Source: an uncultured Planctomycetales bacterium (lineage in GTDB: Bacteria; Omnitrophota; Gorgyraeia; Zapsychrales; Fredricksoniimonadaceae). Taken from it: a stretch of 64,000 bases of DNA. Where the stretch lies: the NCBI GenBank assembly GCA_964572155.1, contig CAZNDZ010000001.1:782290-846289 (forward strand). The letters are read 5' to 3'. The notes under the pieces are model-generated. The model had not been told where the DNA came from. It saw only the letters and a program-made list of their open reading frames with translations, and did no database searches. Position 1 is the first letter of the stretch. Each line of letters opens with the position of its first letter. Position numbers and translations under genes: made by a program. Positions 48,527-59,799 of the stretch are shown here, in pieces.

Positions 48527-49249
48527 ATGCGTTTATTGGAAGCAAAGAATCTGGTGAAAATTTATGGCGGCCGTAAGGTTGTCGACGGGTTAACCATATC
48601 TGTTGGCCGTTCTGAAATTGTGGGGTTGTTAGGCCCCAATGGCGCAGGGAAGACCACGGCGTTTTACATGGTTGTTGGCATCGTTGCGCCCGATGAAGGA
48701 CAAGTGATTTTTGACCAAGAGGACATTTCCAAAAAACCCATCCATGAGCGCAGTCGTCTAGGGATGGGCTATTTGGCGCAAGAAAGTTCGATCTTTCGCA
48801 AGTTAACTGTTGAGGAAAATATTTTAGCGGTTTTAGAGACCTTGCCCATTAGTCCGCAAGAACGCAAGCGTCGCCTTGAATCGCTTTTAGAGGAACTCAA
48901 TATTTCACATTTGGCAAAATCAAAAGCATTTACGTTGTCCGGCGGAGAACGCCGTCGTTTGGAAATCACCCGTGCGCTGGTGACCAACCCATCGTTTTTA
49001 TTGTTGGACGAACCTTTTTCCGGCATTGATCCGATTGTGGTTGCTGAAGCGCAAGAAATCATCAAAGATTTAAAGAAGCGTGGTTTAGGGATTTTGTTAA
49101 CCGATCACAATGTGCGTGAAACCTTGTCGATCACCGACCGTGCGTATCTGGTTGCTGACGGCAGGATATTGATTTCAGGTACTGCCCAAGATCTCATCAA
49201 TGATCAAAAAGCCCGCAAGATTTACCTAGGCGAAAAATTTAGCATGTAA
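48527..49249 (+). CDS. lptB: LPS export ABC transporter ATP-binding protein
   Basis: Walker A GPNGAGKTT. Signature LSGGERRRLEI. Walker B LLLDEPFSGIDP. 240 aa. Downstream of the lptC/A-like gene. Confidence 0.85.
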   Translation: MRLLEAKNLVKIYGGRKVVDGLTISVGRSEIVGLLGPNGAGKTTAFYMVVGIVAPDEGQVIFDQEDISKKPIHERSRLGMGYLAQESSIFRKLTVEENILAVLETLPISPQERKRRLESLLEELNISHLAKSKAFTLSGGERRRLEITRALVTNPSFLLLDEPFSGIDPIVVAEAQEIIKDLKKRGLGILLTDHNVRETLSITDRAYLVADGRILISGTAQDLINDQKARKIYLGEKFSM

Positions 49250-49322
49250 CCCTCCTTCGCTCCAAAACTTTCGTTTGGGAGCTATGGCGGGTAAACCAAC
49301 AACAGAAATGGAGTCCAGTATC

Positions 49323-50267
49323 ATGAAAGTCGAAGTTAAAAAAGTAGATGCATTACGTCGTGAATTATCCATTGAAATCCCTCGTGAACGTGTGACTGTT
49401 GCGATGGATGAAGTTTATAAAGAAATCGGCAAATACGCCAAGGTCAAGGGTTTTCGCCCAGGGAAGGTGCCGCGCAATTTATTGGTGAGCTCCCATGGCA
49501 AGATGGCCCAAGAAGAAACGATTAAGAAATTAATCCCAGAAGCCTATCAACAAGGCTTGGTTCAAGAAAAATTAAATCCAATCGATTTGCCAGAAATCAC
49601 CGACGTGGCTTTAAAAGATGGTGTGTTAACATTCAAGGCAGCGCTTGATATTCGTCCTGAAATCAAGACCGGTGATTATAAAGGCATTTCTGTAACACCC
49701 ATTAGCACCAAGGTGACGGAAGAAGATATTAATAAGACATTAGAGTTTTTCAAGAAGGGCCGTGGGGATGATAAGGAAGTCACCATTGACGATGCCTTTG
49801 CGCATGGCATGGGCTTTCCGTCACTTGAAGAATTCAAAAAAGCGCTGACACGCCAATTGGAATTTGACAAGGATCGCCAGAACCGCATAGAACTAGAAAA
49901 TCAAATTGTTGACCACTTGTTAAAACATGCTAAATTAATTGTTCCTCAATCGCTTGTTAAGCGCCAATTTGAATACCGTTTAAATGAAACACTGCGCCGC
50001 TTGAAATCCCAAGGCATGGGGGATGAAGAGCTAAAGACCAAGCAAGAAGAAATTGCCAAGAATTTAAATGAAGTCGTTGAACGCGATGTAAAAATCTTTT
50101 TAGTCTTAGAAGAAATCGCGAAGATCGAAAAAATTGAAATCACCTCAAAGGAAGAAAGTTTACCGATGAAGGTGATGGAGCTGTTATTAAAAGAAGCAAA
50201 GTGGGAACCAGCTAAAGATGTGAAAGAAGTCAAAGAAGCGAAAGAATCTAAAAAAGATAAGAAATAA
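49323..50267 (+). CDS. tig: Trigger factor lacking the PPIase (FKBP) domain
   Basis: Start at ATG 49323 ([20 protein letters not shown]...). The ribosome-binding N-domain, including the GFRPGKVP signature, runs directly into the C-terminal chaperone arm. Only 314 aa, against ~430 for the canonical protein. Lysine/glutamate-rich tail. Immediately upstream of clpP. Confidence 0.65.
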   Translation: MKVEVKKVDALRRELSIEIPRERVTVAMDEVYKEIGKYAKVKGFRPGKVPRNLLVSSHGKMAQEETIKKLIPEAYQQGLVQEKLNPIDLPEITDVALKDGVLTFKAALDIRPEIKTGDYKGISVTPISTKVTEEDINKTLEFFKKGRGDDKEVTIDDAFAHGMGFPSLEEFKKALTRQLEFDKDRQNRIELENQIVDHLLKHAKLIVPQSLVKRQFEYRLNETLRRLKSQGMGDEELKTKQEEIAKNLNEVVERDVKIFLVLEEIAKIEKIEITSKEESLPMKVMELLLKEAKWEPAKDVKEVKEAKESKKDKK

Positions 50268-50293
50268 TCGTTTATACAAAAGGGAGAGATCAT

Positions 50294-50899
50294 ATGGCAC
50301 AATCATCGCTGTTAGTTCCAATGGTTATTGAAAAATCATCACACGGTGAGAGAGCGTATGACATTTACTCCCGTTTGCTTAAAGAGCGCATCATCTTTTT
50401 AGGTACAGCTATCGATGACAATGTTGCCAATTTGATCATTGCCCAACTGTTGTTCTTGCAGTCAGAAGATAGCACCAAGGATATTAGCATTTATGTTAAT
50501 TCCCCAGGCGGTTCGGTGACGGCAGGTATGGCTATTTATGACACCATCCAATTTATCAAGGCGCCGGTTGCGACCTTTTGTTTAGGTCAAGCGGCAAGTA
50601 TGGGGGCGGTGTTATTAGCAGCAGGTGCCAAAGGCAAACGTTATGCGTTACCCAATGCACGTATCATGATTCACCAACCATGGGGCGGCGCACAAGGTAC
50701 AGCTAGCGATATTTCTATTCAAGCAGAAGAAATCTTACGTATGAAACGTGAATTAAACGGCATCTTAGCCAAGCATTCTGGTCAAAGCATTGAAAAGTTG
50801 ACCAAAGATACCGATCGTGATTATTTTATGTCTGGTCAAGAAGCCAAAGATTATGGTTTGGTCGACGGCGTTATTACCAGTATGAATGATTTGAAATAA
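50294..50899 (+). CDS. clpP: ATP-dependent Clp protease proteolytic subunit
   Basis: [12 protein letters not shown]. Catalytic GQAASMGA (Ser). IMIHQP (His). 201 aa. Confidence 0.9.
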   Translation: MAQSSLLVPMVIEKSSHGERAYDIYSRLLKERIIFLGTAIDDNVANLIIAQLLFLQSEDSTKDISIYVNSPGGSVTAGMAIYDTIQFIKAPVATFCLGQAASMGAVLLAAGAKGKRYALPNARIMIHQPWGGAQGTASDISIQAEEILRMKRELNGILAKHSGQSIEKLTKDTDRDYFMSGQEAKDYGLVDGVITSMNDLK

Positions 50900-50929
50900 T
50901 AATGTTTTCTTAAGGAAGGAAAAAACCTC

Positions 50930-52075
50930 ATGAAACGCAATCTGTTGTTAACACCAGGACCAACACAAGTGCCAGCAAAACTTTGCGCTGCGTTGGGTCG
51001 TCCCATCATCCATCACCGCACACCAAAGTTTCAAGAATATTTGAAACTCGTGGTGCAAGGCTTGCAAGAAATCATTCAAACCAAGAATGATGTCTACTTG
51101 CTCGCGTCATCGGGATCAGGTGGGATGGAGGCTGCTGTTGTTAATATCTTATCCCCAGGGGATAAGGCAATTGCTGTCGACGGAGGAAAATTTGGTGAAC
51201 GTTGGGTAGAATTATGTCAAACGTATAAAGCCAACACCATTGTTCATAAAGTGCAATGGGGTAAAGCGCCAACAGCGGCGGAGATCAAAGCTTTATTAGC
51301 TGCCAATCCTGACACCAAGGCTGTCTTTATCACCTTGGCAGAAACATCGACGGGTGTAACCCCTGATGTGAAGGCCATTGGGGAAGTTGTCAAAGATAGT
51401 AAGGCTGTCTTAGTTGTCGACGCTGTTTCTGGTTTAGCTGTGCAAGAACTTAAAGCCGATGATTGGCATGTTGATATGGTGATCTCAGGTTCACATAAAG
51501 GCTTGATGTTGCCTCCAGGGGTTGGTTTTATCACCGCCTCACCTAAAGCCATTGCGTATATTAACGCGTGCACAACACCACGCTATTATTTTGATTTGCG
51601 CGAAGCCAAGAAAGCATTAGAGAAAACAGATACACCATTTACCCCTGCAATTGGCATCATCATTGCCATGGTTGATAGTATCGCCATGATCAAGGAACGC
51701 GGGTTAGAAAACATGTTCAAACATTTTGCGCGTTTGGCTAAAGGTGTTCGCGCGGGATGTAAGGCGATTGGTTTGGAATTGTACACCGACCCATCATGTG
51801 CGACTAATGTGTTATCCGCAGTGGTATTGCCTGCTGGCATCGACGGAGAAAAGTTAGCTAAGATCATGCGTGATACACATGGCATCACCGTTGCAGGTGG
51901 TCAAGATCAATTAAAGGGAAAAATCATCCGCATTGCTCATATGGGTGCGCTTGATGAATATGACATTCTGACAGGTCTTGCCTGTTTAGAAAAAGTCTTA
52001 CTCGAAATGGGTCATAAATTTGAATTGGGCGCGAGCTTAACCGCAGCTCAAAAGGTTTTTAATCAAAAAGCATAG
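50930..52075 (+). CDS. Class V aminotransferase, probably phosphoserine / serine-glyoxylate aminotransferase
   Basis: 381 aa, class V fold. SGSHKGL lysine motif. Immediately upstream of serA. Confidence 0.65.
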   Translation: MKRNLLLTPGPTQVPAKLCAALGRPIIHHRTPKFQEYLKLVVQGLQEIIQTKNDVYLLASSGSGGMEAAVVNILSPGDKAIAVDGGKFGERWVELCQTYKANTIVHKVQWGKAPTAAEIKALLAANPDTKAVFITLAETSTGVTPDVKAIGEVVKDSKAVLVVDAVSGLAVQELKADDWHVDMVISGSHKGLMLPPGVGFITASPKAIAYINACTTPRYYFDLREAKKALEKTDTPFTPAIGIIIAMVDSIAMIKERGLENMFKHFARLAKGVRAGCKAIGLELYTDPSCATNVLSAVVLPAGIDGEKLAKIMRDTHGITVAGGQDQLKGKIIRIAHMGALDEYDILTGLACLEKVLLEMGHKFELGASLTAAQKVFNQKA

Positions 52076-52087
52076 ATAGAGGATGAT

Positions 52088-53674
52088 ATGTTTAAAGTAT
52101 TGATTAGCGACAAGCTAGAAAAAGAAGGTTTAGATATTTTTGCTGAAGAAAAAAATATCACCGTTGATTGCAAATTTGGCATCCCAGCCGCTGAACTCAA
52201 AAGCATCATCAAAGATTATGATGCCTTGATTGTGCGTTCAGGTACTCAAGTCACAGCTGAGATCATTGAAGCTGCGGCAAAGTTAAAGGTCATTGGCCGT
52301 GCAGGCGTTGGTTTAGACAACGTTGATTTACCAGCTGCCACCAAAAAAGGCATTGTGGCGATGAATACACCGGCGGGGAATACCACCTCAACGGCAGAAC
52401 ACACCATGAGTTTGATCTTAGCATTATCACGTAACATTGCTCAAGCAGTTGCGTCGGTTAAGTCGGGCAAATGGGAACGCGCTAAATTTACTGGTGTGGA
52501 ATTATATGGAAAAACATTGGGCATTGTTGGTTTAGGCCGCATTGGCTCGACGGTCGCTAAGATGGCACAAGGTTTTGGCATGAAGACAATCGGCTATGAT
52601 CCATTTTTATCTGCCGAGATTGCTGCCAAAAATGGCATCACCTTGGTTGATTTAGAAAAATTGTATAAAGAAGCAGATTATATCACCGTCCATATTCCAA
52701 AGACGGAAGAGACGACCAATATGATCAGCGACAAGCAAATTGCCATGATGAAAAAAAATGTGCGTTTGATCAACTGCGCACGTGGTGGCATCATCGATGA
52801 AAAAGCCTTGGTTGCTGCGTTAAAAGAAAAACGCATTGCTGGTGCTGCGCTCGACGTATATGACGTTGAACCACCAGATTTTTCTCAAGAAATTTTCAAA
52901 TTAGATAATTGTGTAACAACACCACATTTAGGCGCATCCACATCTGAAGCCCAAGTCAACGTGGCCATCGAAATCGCACATGCGGTCAAAGATGCCTTGT
53001 TGGGTCGCGGGATTCGCAATGCTGCTAACTTCCCGTCGTTGTCAGAAGAGGCGTATAAGGGTGTTGAGCCATATTTGAATTTGGGTGAACGCATGGGCAA
53101 GTTTGCTGGCCAATTGGTTCAAGGCCGCATTAGCGCTGTGAAAATTACTTACAGCGGTACTGTCACCAAGCAAAATTTAAAAGCGGTGACCATGGCGGTG
53201 GCTAAAGGTATTTTAACTCCTGTCTTAGGTGAAGGGGTTAACACCATCAATGCGCTTAACATGATGAAAGATCGTGGCATCAACATCGCAGAAGTTTCAT
53301 CGAATGTGGAAGGCGAATATGTGAACTCCATTGCCTTTGATATCACGACCGATAAAGAAAGTGTTGCCTTGCTTGGAACATTAACCAGCAACAAGCAGCC
53401 ACGCATTGTTAAAATTAATAATGTCTACGTCGAGGCAGTGCCAGCAGGTCATATTTTGTTTATCAATAATAATGATAAGCCAGGGATTGTTGGTGCGATT
53501 GGTACAATCTTAGCCGGTGCCAATGTGAATATCGCGGGCATCACCTTAGGCCGTGAAAATCAACAAGGTGTCGCTGTTAGTTTGGTGAATGTTGATAGCG
53601 AAGTGCCCGAGAAGGTCATCGAGCAATTGCGTCAGACAAAGAATATTTTATTTGTCAAAACCATTAAGGTGTAA
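52088..53674 (+). CDS. serA: D-3-phosphoglycerate dehydrogenase (with ASB and ACT domains)
   Basis: NAD-binding GIVGLGRIGSTVA. 2-hydroxyacid dehydrogenase catalytic region. 528 aa with a C-terminal ACT domain. Confidence 0.85.
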   Translation: MFKVLISDKLEKEGLDIFAEEKNITVDCKFGIPAAELKSIIKDYDALIVRSGTQVTAEIIEAAAKLKVIGRAGVGLDNVDLPAATKKGIVAMNTPAGNTTSTAEHTMSLILALSRNIAQAVASVKSGKWERAKFTGVELYGKTLGIVGLGRIGSTVAKMAQGFGMKTIGYDPFLSAEIAAKNGITLVDLEKLYKEADYITVHIPKTEETTNMISDKQIAMMKKNVRLINCARGGIIDEKALVAALKEKRIAGAALDVYDVEPPDFSQEIFKLDNCVTTPHLGASTSEAQVNVAIEIAHAVKDALLGRGIRNAANFPSLSEEAYKGVEPYLNLGERMGKFAGQLVQGRISAVKITYSGTVTKQNLKAVTMAVAKGILTPVLGEGVNTINALNMMKDRGINIAEVSSNVEGEYVNSIAFDITTDKESVALLGTLTSNKQPRIVKINNVYVEAVPAGHILFINNNDKPGIVGAIGTILAGANVNIAGITLGRENQQGVAVSLVNVDSEVPEKVIEQLRQTKNILFVKTIKV

Positions 53675-53680
53675 AACACC

Positions 53681-54307
53681 ATGAGCATTTTGCTCTTTAA
53701 CGTCTTGATTGCAGGTCTCAAAGACGGTTACAGTTCGACGATGATCATGGCTGCTGGGTTGATCATGGTGCTGTATATTTATGGTTGGCGACGTGGTTAC
53801 AAAGTGAATTGGTTTGTAGGTTGGTTTATTTTTGAGTTAATGCTCTTTGGTTTTTTTGCACATTTAGATGCAATCACCTATAACCCGTATCGTATTTTCT
53901 CGTTGTTGCACGATGTGTTGGCTGGTTTGCTTTTTGTTATTGGGGTTAAGTTGTTTTTAAATTGGATTGCAAAAAAACAAGCAGTGTCGTTAGCACCAAC
54001 ACCACTTAAACTGTGGCAAAGAAGTTTGTTGAGTTTAGTCATTGCCGTATGTGCATTAACCTTGGTGATTGCCGATGTGCGTTATCCCATGGATCCATAC
54101 ATGGTGGCATTAAGTAATAATATTTTTGCCAAAGTGGCAGGTGTGATCAGTATTTTGGCGTTATGTTTATATACCATCTTAAAGTTTTGGATGGTTTGGG
54201 TTGTGGTGATCGTATTTTTAAGTTCACGGATTGAAAAGAATTTTAAGATTATCTTAGCAGCAGCGTTTTGTTTAGCGTCGGGATTAAGCATTTTTTATTT
54301 GAGATAA
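53681..54307 (+). CDS. Hypothetical polytopic membrane protein (about 6 TM)
   Basis: 208 aa, strongly hydrophobic. No recognisable family. Confidence 0.45.
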   Translation: MSILLFNVLIAGLKDGYSSTMIMAAGLIMVLYIYGWRRGYKVNWFVGWFIFELMLFGFFAHLDAITYNPYRIFSLLHDVLAGLLFVIGVKLFLNWIAKKQAVSLAPTPLKLWQRSLLSLVIAVCALTLVIADVRYPMDPYMVALSNNIFAKVAGVISILALCLYTILKFWMVWVVVIVFLSSRIEKNFKIILAAAFCLASGLSIFYLR

Positions 54308-54316
54308 ATTTTTTAG

Positions 54317-55600
<1,284 letters not shown>

Positions 55601-55603
55601 GAC

Positions 55604-55633
55604 TTGATTTTTACCCCATTTATAGTGCATACT
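55604..55633 (+). promoter_or_regulatory. Putative sigma70-type promoter for giant paralog 3
   Basis: TTGATT, 18-nt spacer, CATACT. Ends 8 nt upstream of ATG 55642. The ATACTTT element also occurs just upstream of paralog 2 (38478-38485). Confidence 0.35.
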
Positions 55634-55641
55634 TTAGCTGT

Positions 55642-57852
55642 ATGCTACATATTTTCCTGACATTTACATTTATTTTGAGCCTTTGTATTGGCCCTAGAGC
55701 TGTTATGGCTGAGGGGTTAGTTGTGCCGTTGATGCCAAAGCCAGGTGAAATGGTGGGGTTGAGTTCTGCGTTTACGCCGGCGTTGATGCAGGGGATTACG
55801 GTTAATAAGGACAATGCACTGCAATTTGATTTTATCATGAATCGTGGTGAAGATAATTTGACGGATGCGGATAAGACACTTGAATACAATAAGCTCATCA
55901 AATATTTCCTCGCGTCGCTGACCATTGCGGACAAAGATCAATGGGTCAACCTTTCGCCTTACGAAAAAGAACGCATCATCGAAGATGGTTTTGGTCGGAC
56001 AGAAATGGGGCGTGATTTGCTCGCGCAAGATTATTTGCTTAAACAAATTACTTCATCTTTGATGTACCCTGAAAATGGTTTGGGTAAAACATTTTGGGAT
56101 AAGATTTATGAACGCGTGGGCAAAGAATTTGGTTCCATCAATATCCCTGTTAATACGTTCAATAAAGTTTGGATCGTCCCTAGTGATGTCACCGTTTATG
56201 AAAGCGGCACGAGCGCGGTGATTTTAAAAAGCCATTTGAAGGTCATGTTAGAAGAAGACTATTTGGCTACACAAAAACATCAGGTCATTCAAAATAAAAC
56301 AGCTGTCCAAGAAATCATCCGCGATGTCATCTTGCCTGAATTAGAGAAAGAAGTAAACACAGGCAAAAATTTTGCACCGTTGCGTCAAGTGGTCAGCGCC
56401 ATGATTTTAGCGACGTGGTATAAGAAGTCCTTAAAAGAATCATTGCTTGGCAAAGTCTACATGGACCAAGCAAAAGTCCAAGGCATCAACACTGACCCCA
56501 AAAATAACACCATCATCTATGATCAATATTTAGAAGCTTTCAAAAAGGGTGTCTACAACTTCATTAAAGAAGAAGTCAATCCTAAGACGCAGCAATTGAT
56601 TCCTAGAAAATATTTTGCGGGTGGGATTCAAGGCATCCAAGAAATGAATGTGGTTCAAAACATTGATAGAGCTATGGTGGATCCTACAGATATAGGCGTT
56701 GATTTTTTGATTCCAGATATTGATATTGTTAGATCTGAAGTTAAGCCAGCAAGGTTTGAATTGTCTCCAGGTCCGCTTCCTGTAATGAGCATTCGGCAAA
56801 GAAGTTGGAATGCGTTAGATTCACAAGTAATAGCTGATAAGGTTTTTAAGTATTTATCAACCAAATATAAGGGTTACGCTTTACTAGGAAAGGTTTTTCA
56901 AGTCAATGTTAGCGCAACTGACATAGTTGAAGGCAGAAGACTTGAAGTAGCGGCAATAGGCTTAGATGCTAAAGAACAGGATCCTATTTCATTATTAAAA
57001 GAACAATTTATGGATGGCAGGATGCTGCCTTTAAAGATTCGTTTTACGGATAAAGGTATTAAGGTTTCTCTGGGGGAAATACTTGAATCATTTTTAGAGC
57101 CTAATGAGATTAATGATTATCTAGTTAATACAAATATTGTTTTAAATAAAGTGCAGCAGCAACTGAATCAGATGTGGGATCAAGAAGCGACGGTTAATAA
57201 AAATTTGACGACGCCTGTGCAAGATTTAAAAACTGATATTAAAATATTTCAAAACAATCAAGATGGATCAATTCGATTAGATGGAATTAAGAATGAGGTT
57301 GAGGTAAATATTCTTGGTGAGAAATACAAAGTGATCAAGCAGTTAAAAAGCGGTGGATTTGAATGGGTTTTGATATTGCCAAATTTGCAGTTTTTTTACT
57401 TTAAAGTGCGCTTAACAAGGCAGTATCCTGTTGAGTTCTTAACCACAGATCTTGAAGGGCACTATATTGTTAAAGATGGAAAGAAAATCCCAATTGAATT
57501 TGTTCTGTATTCTAAAGAAGATAGGAATCAATTAATTATTAGGATGGGTAATAAGTTGTTATTTTCTGATATTACATTAGGTGATACAAAGACGGATAGA
57601 GCCATGCTAAATAATATCAATCAAGTTGTTGTTGATAGGCAAGGTGGGATTGATTTGAATGCGGAGCATTTTGATATGTTGATTAAGCGGGATGAGAAGG
57701 GTGTGGTTTTGCCTTTTGCGTTGCAGGATTTGGAGAAGTTGCAAAGTATTCAAGGTTTTACGCCGCGCATTTTGGAGATTAAACCGGCGGTTAATGTGCC
57801 CATCTTAAGTGAGATTCAAGAGCGGTTGAAAATGGCTCAATCGGCTTCTTAA
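55642..57852 (+). CDS. Exported protein, paralog 3 of 3 (736 aa), with the same conserved N-domain and C-terminal GGIDLNA domain
   Basis: Signal peptide MLHIFLTFTFILSLCIGPRAVMA. N-domain motifs LIKYFLASLT, WVNLSPYEKERI, GRDLLAQDYLLKQITSSL, FNKVWIVP, LRQVVSAMILATWYK, AFKKGVYNFIKE, PRKYFAGG. C terminus DRQGGIDLNAEHFDM...LEIKPAVNVPIL. Confidence 0.8.
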   Translation: MLHIFLTFTFILSLCIGPRAVMAEGLVVPLMPKPGEMVGLSSAFTPALMQGITVNKDNALQFDFIMNRGEDNLTDADKTLEYNKLIKYFLASLTIADKDQWVNLSPYEKERIIEDGFGRTEMGRDLLAQDYLLKQITSSLMYPENGLGKTFWDKIYERVGKEFGSINIPVNTFNKVWIVPSDVTVYESGTSAVILKSHLKVMLEEDYLATQKHQVIQNKTAVQEIIRDVILPELEKEVNTGKNFAPLRQVVSAMILATWYKKSLKESLLGKVYMDQAKVQGINTDPKNNTIIYDQYLEAFKKGVYNFIKEEVNPKTQQLIPRKYFAGGIQGIQEMNVVQNIDRAMVDPTDIGVDFLIPDIDIVRSEVKPARFELSPGPLPVMSIRQRSWNALDSQVIADKVFKYLSTKYKGYALLGKVFQVNVSATDIVEGRRLEVAAIGLDAKEQDPISLLKEQFMDGRMLPLKIRFTDKGIKVSLGEILESFLEPNEINDYLVNTNIVLNKVQQQLNQMWDQEATVNKNLTTPVQDLKTDIKIFQNNQDGSIRLDGIKNEVEVNILGEKYKVIKQLKSGGFEWVLILPNLQFFYFKVRLTRQYPVEFLTTDLEGHYIVKDGKKIPIEFVLYSKEDRNQLIIRMGNKLLFSDITLGDTKTDRAMLNNINQVVVDRQGGIDLNAEHFDMLIKRDEKGVVLPFALQDLEKLQSIQGFTPRILEIKPAVNVPILSEIQERLKMAQSAS

Positions 57853-57956
57853 TACTTCCTCATAGACTGTCCAATTCCCTTGACTTACCTGTGTGCTTAT
57901 GTTAATTTGAATGTCTAAATTTCGTTTAAATTAACCCCATGGATAGGGAGGTTGTA

Positions 57957-58568
57957 ATGTTTTTTCGTAAACTTTGTAGTTTCCTCGTGATCTTAACTTT
58001 AGCGGTCGGTTTAACTGGCTGTACCGTCATTTTCCAAAAAGGCCGTCGTACAGATATTGAAAAAATATCCAAATTAAAAAATGAGCTCTCCGAACTTGAA
58101 CGTGCCAAGTTGGAATTAGAGAATCGTTTGAAGAATGAAATCAACGACAAGCAAGTCAAGGTTGAAATGCAAGACAAGGGGCTAGTTATCACCTTCGTCG
58201 CTGAAGTTTTATTCGATTCTGGCCGCGCGATCTTACGTAAAGATTCCGCACCTAAATTAGAAAAAGTTTCTTCTGTTTTAAACACCACCGTCGCTGATTT
58301 AAACATTGGCGTCGAAGGTCACACCGATAATGAACCCATTAAGAAATCTGGTTGGAAATCCAACTGGGAATTGTCAACCGCACGCGCATTAAGCGTCTTG
58401 CATTTCTTAAGTGAAAATGGTGTGAGTGAACCACGTTTAGCAGCGACAGGTTTTGGTGAATACAAGCCTGTGGCCGATAATGGTTCACGTGAAGGTCGTC
58501 AAAAGAATCGTCGTGTAGAAATTGTTATTTTGCCTAAGACTGAAAAACAAAAAGCACAAGAAGAATAA
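57957..58568 (+). CDS. OmpA/MotB-domain lipoprotein
   Basis: Start at ATG 57957 (RBS GGGAGG). Lipobox LTGC. OmpA-like C-terminal domain (GHTDNEPI...NRRVEIVI). Confidence 0.7.
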   Translation: MFFRKLCSFLVILTLAVGLTGCTVIFQKGRRTDIEKISKLKNELSELERAKLELENRLKNEINDKQVKVEMQDKGLVITFVAEVLFDSGRAILRKDSAPKLEKVSSVLNTTVADLNIGVEGHTDNEPIKKSGWKSNWELSTARALSVLHFLSENGVSEPRLAATGFGEYKPVADNGSREGRQKNRRVEIVILPKTEKQKAQEE

Positions 58569-58588
58569 TTCACCTTTTAGGGGGTTTT

Positions 58589-59026
58589 ATGAAGAATACG
58601 CTGCTGATTGTGATCACGTCCGTTATTACTGTTGGAGCTTTGTTGGTTGCATTTTTTTCGTTTGAGAAACAGAATAAGTTAGGTAAAAGTTTAGCAGAAG
58701 AGAAATATAGCCGCATGGTCGCGGAAGAAAGTTCTCAAAAAAGCGCCGCAAAATTAGCTTCTTTGGAAGTGCAATTACGGTCCGCAGAAGATCGCATGAC
58801 AAAGGTTAAAGATGTGTTGGATCAGGAAAAGGGTGTTAATTCTGATCTAAAGAATCAATATGAAAAGTTGCAGGAAGCTAAGGCTGATTTAGAAAGCAAG
58901 GTTAGAGAATTAGCGGCGCAAAAAGAAGAAGCCGATAAGAAAGCTCAAGAATTAGCGGCTAAGATTGATGCAGCGACATCACAAGCATCAGCACAGGTTG
59001 CTGCTGCGGAGCCTGTTGTACAATAA
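58589..59026 (+). CDS. Bitopic coiled-coil protein of unknown function
   Basis: N-terminal TM (LLIVITSVITVGALLVAFF), then ~110 aa of coiled coil. Followed by a terminator. Confidence 0.5.
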   Translation: MKNTLLIVITSVITVGALLVAFFSFEKQNKLGKSLAEEKYSRMVAEESSQKSAAKLASLEVQLRSAEDRMTKVKDVLDQEKGVNSDLKNQYEKLQEAKADLESKVRELAAQKEEADKKAQELAAKIDAATSQASAQVAAAEPVVQ

Positions 59027-59056
59027 GGGTTTTGCCTTTTAAGGGTTAAGGCGTAT

Positions 59057-59084
59057 GAGGGGGAATTATATCCCCCTTTTTGTT
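59057..59084 (+). terminator. Rho-independent terminator
   Basis: GGGGG-aattatat-CCCCC stem-loop, then TTTTT. Confidence 0.65.
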
Positions 59085-59085
59085 T

Positions 59086-59799
59086 ATGTCAGAAGATAAG
59101 CTTCCACAACATGTAGCGATCATCATGGACGGCAATGGGCGCTGGGCAAAATCCCGTCATTTGCCGCGCACGCAAGGTCATGCGGAAGGTGTTAAACGTG
59201 TTGAAGAGATCATCATTCAAGCGCATGCGCTTGGTATAAAGGTCATGACGTTGTATGCATTCTCCACGGAGAATTGGGCAAGACCTGCCGAAGAAGTTAG
59301 CATGCTCATGCGTTTGTTTATCATGGTTTTGTCGTCACGTGTTAAAGATATTGCAGAGCAAGGTGTGCGGCTGCGTTTTATTGGGCGCCGCCAAGGTGTT
59401 CCCAATGAAGTTTTAAATGCCATTGATGCGGCGATGGATAAGACTAAGCACAATACAGAATTAATTGTTAATATTGCTTTTAATTATGGCAGCCGTGCAG
59501 AAATTGTTGATGCCGTTAAAGTCTTGACCCAAGATGTTTTGGATAAGAAATTAACGGTTGATCAAATCGATGAAGCCTCCATCACACAATATTTGTATAC
59601 GGCAGGACAACCAGAAGTTGATTTGTTGATTCGCACGTCGGGAGAACAACGCATTAGTAATTTCTTGTTGTGGCAGTTGTCTTACGCTGAGTTTTATTTT
59701 ACACAAAAGTTTTGGCCGGATTTTAACGCGGCTGAATTTGAAATAGCGATTAAAGAATTTGCTAGACGACACCGTCGATACGGAGGTGTATATGCCTAA
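59086..59799 (+). CDS. uppS: Undecaprenyl diphosphate synthase
   Basis: HVAIIMDGNGRWA. AFSTENWARP. RTSGEQRISNFLLWQ motifs. Start taken at ATG 59086; the ORF track begins at a TTG at 59080. Confidence 0.9.
   Translation: MSEDKLPQHVAIIMDGNGRWAKSRHLPRTQGHAEGVKRVEEIIIQAHALGIKVMTLYAFSTENWARPAEEVSMLMRLFIMVLSSRVKDIAEQGVRLRFIGRRQGVPNEVLNAIDAAMDKTKHNTELIVNIAFNYGSRAEIVDAVKVLTQDVLDKKLTVDQIDEASITQYLYTAGQPEVDLLIRTSGEQRISNFLLWQLSYAEFYFTQKFWPDFNAAEFEIAIKEFARRHRRYGGVYA

Noticed and set aside
57853-57956. The 104-nt intergenic region (the longest in the window) as a tRNA or ncRNA locus
   Set aside because: There is no cloverleaf-compatible sequence and no GTTCxAxxC T-loop. It contains a TTGACT-type promoter-like element and a GGGAGG RBS for the OmpA-like gene.
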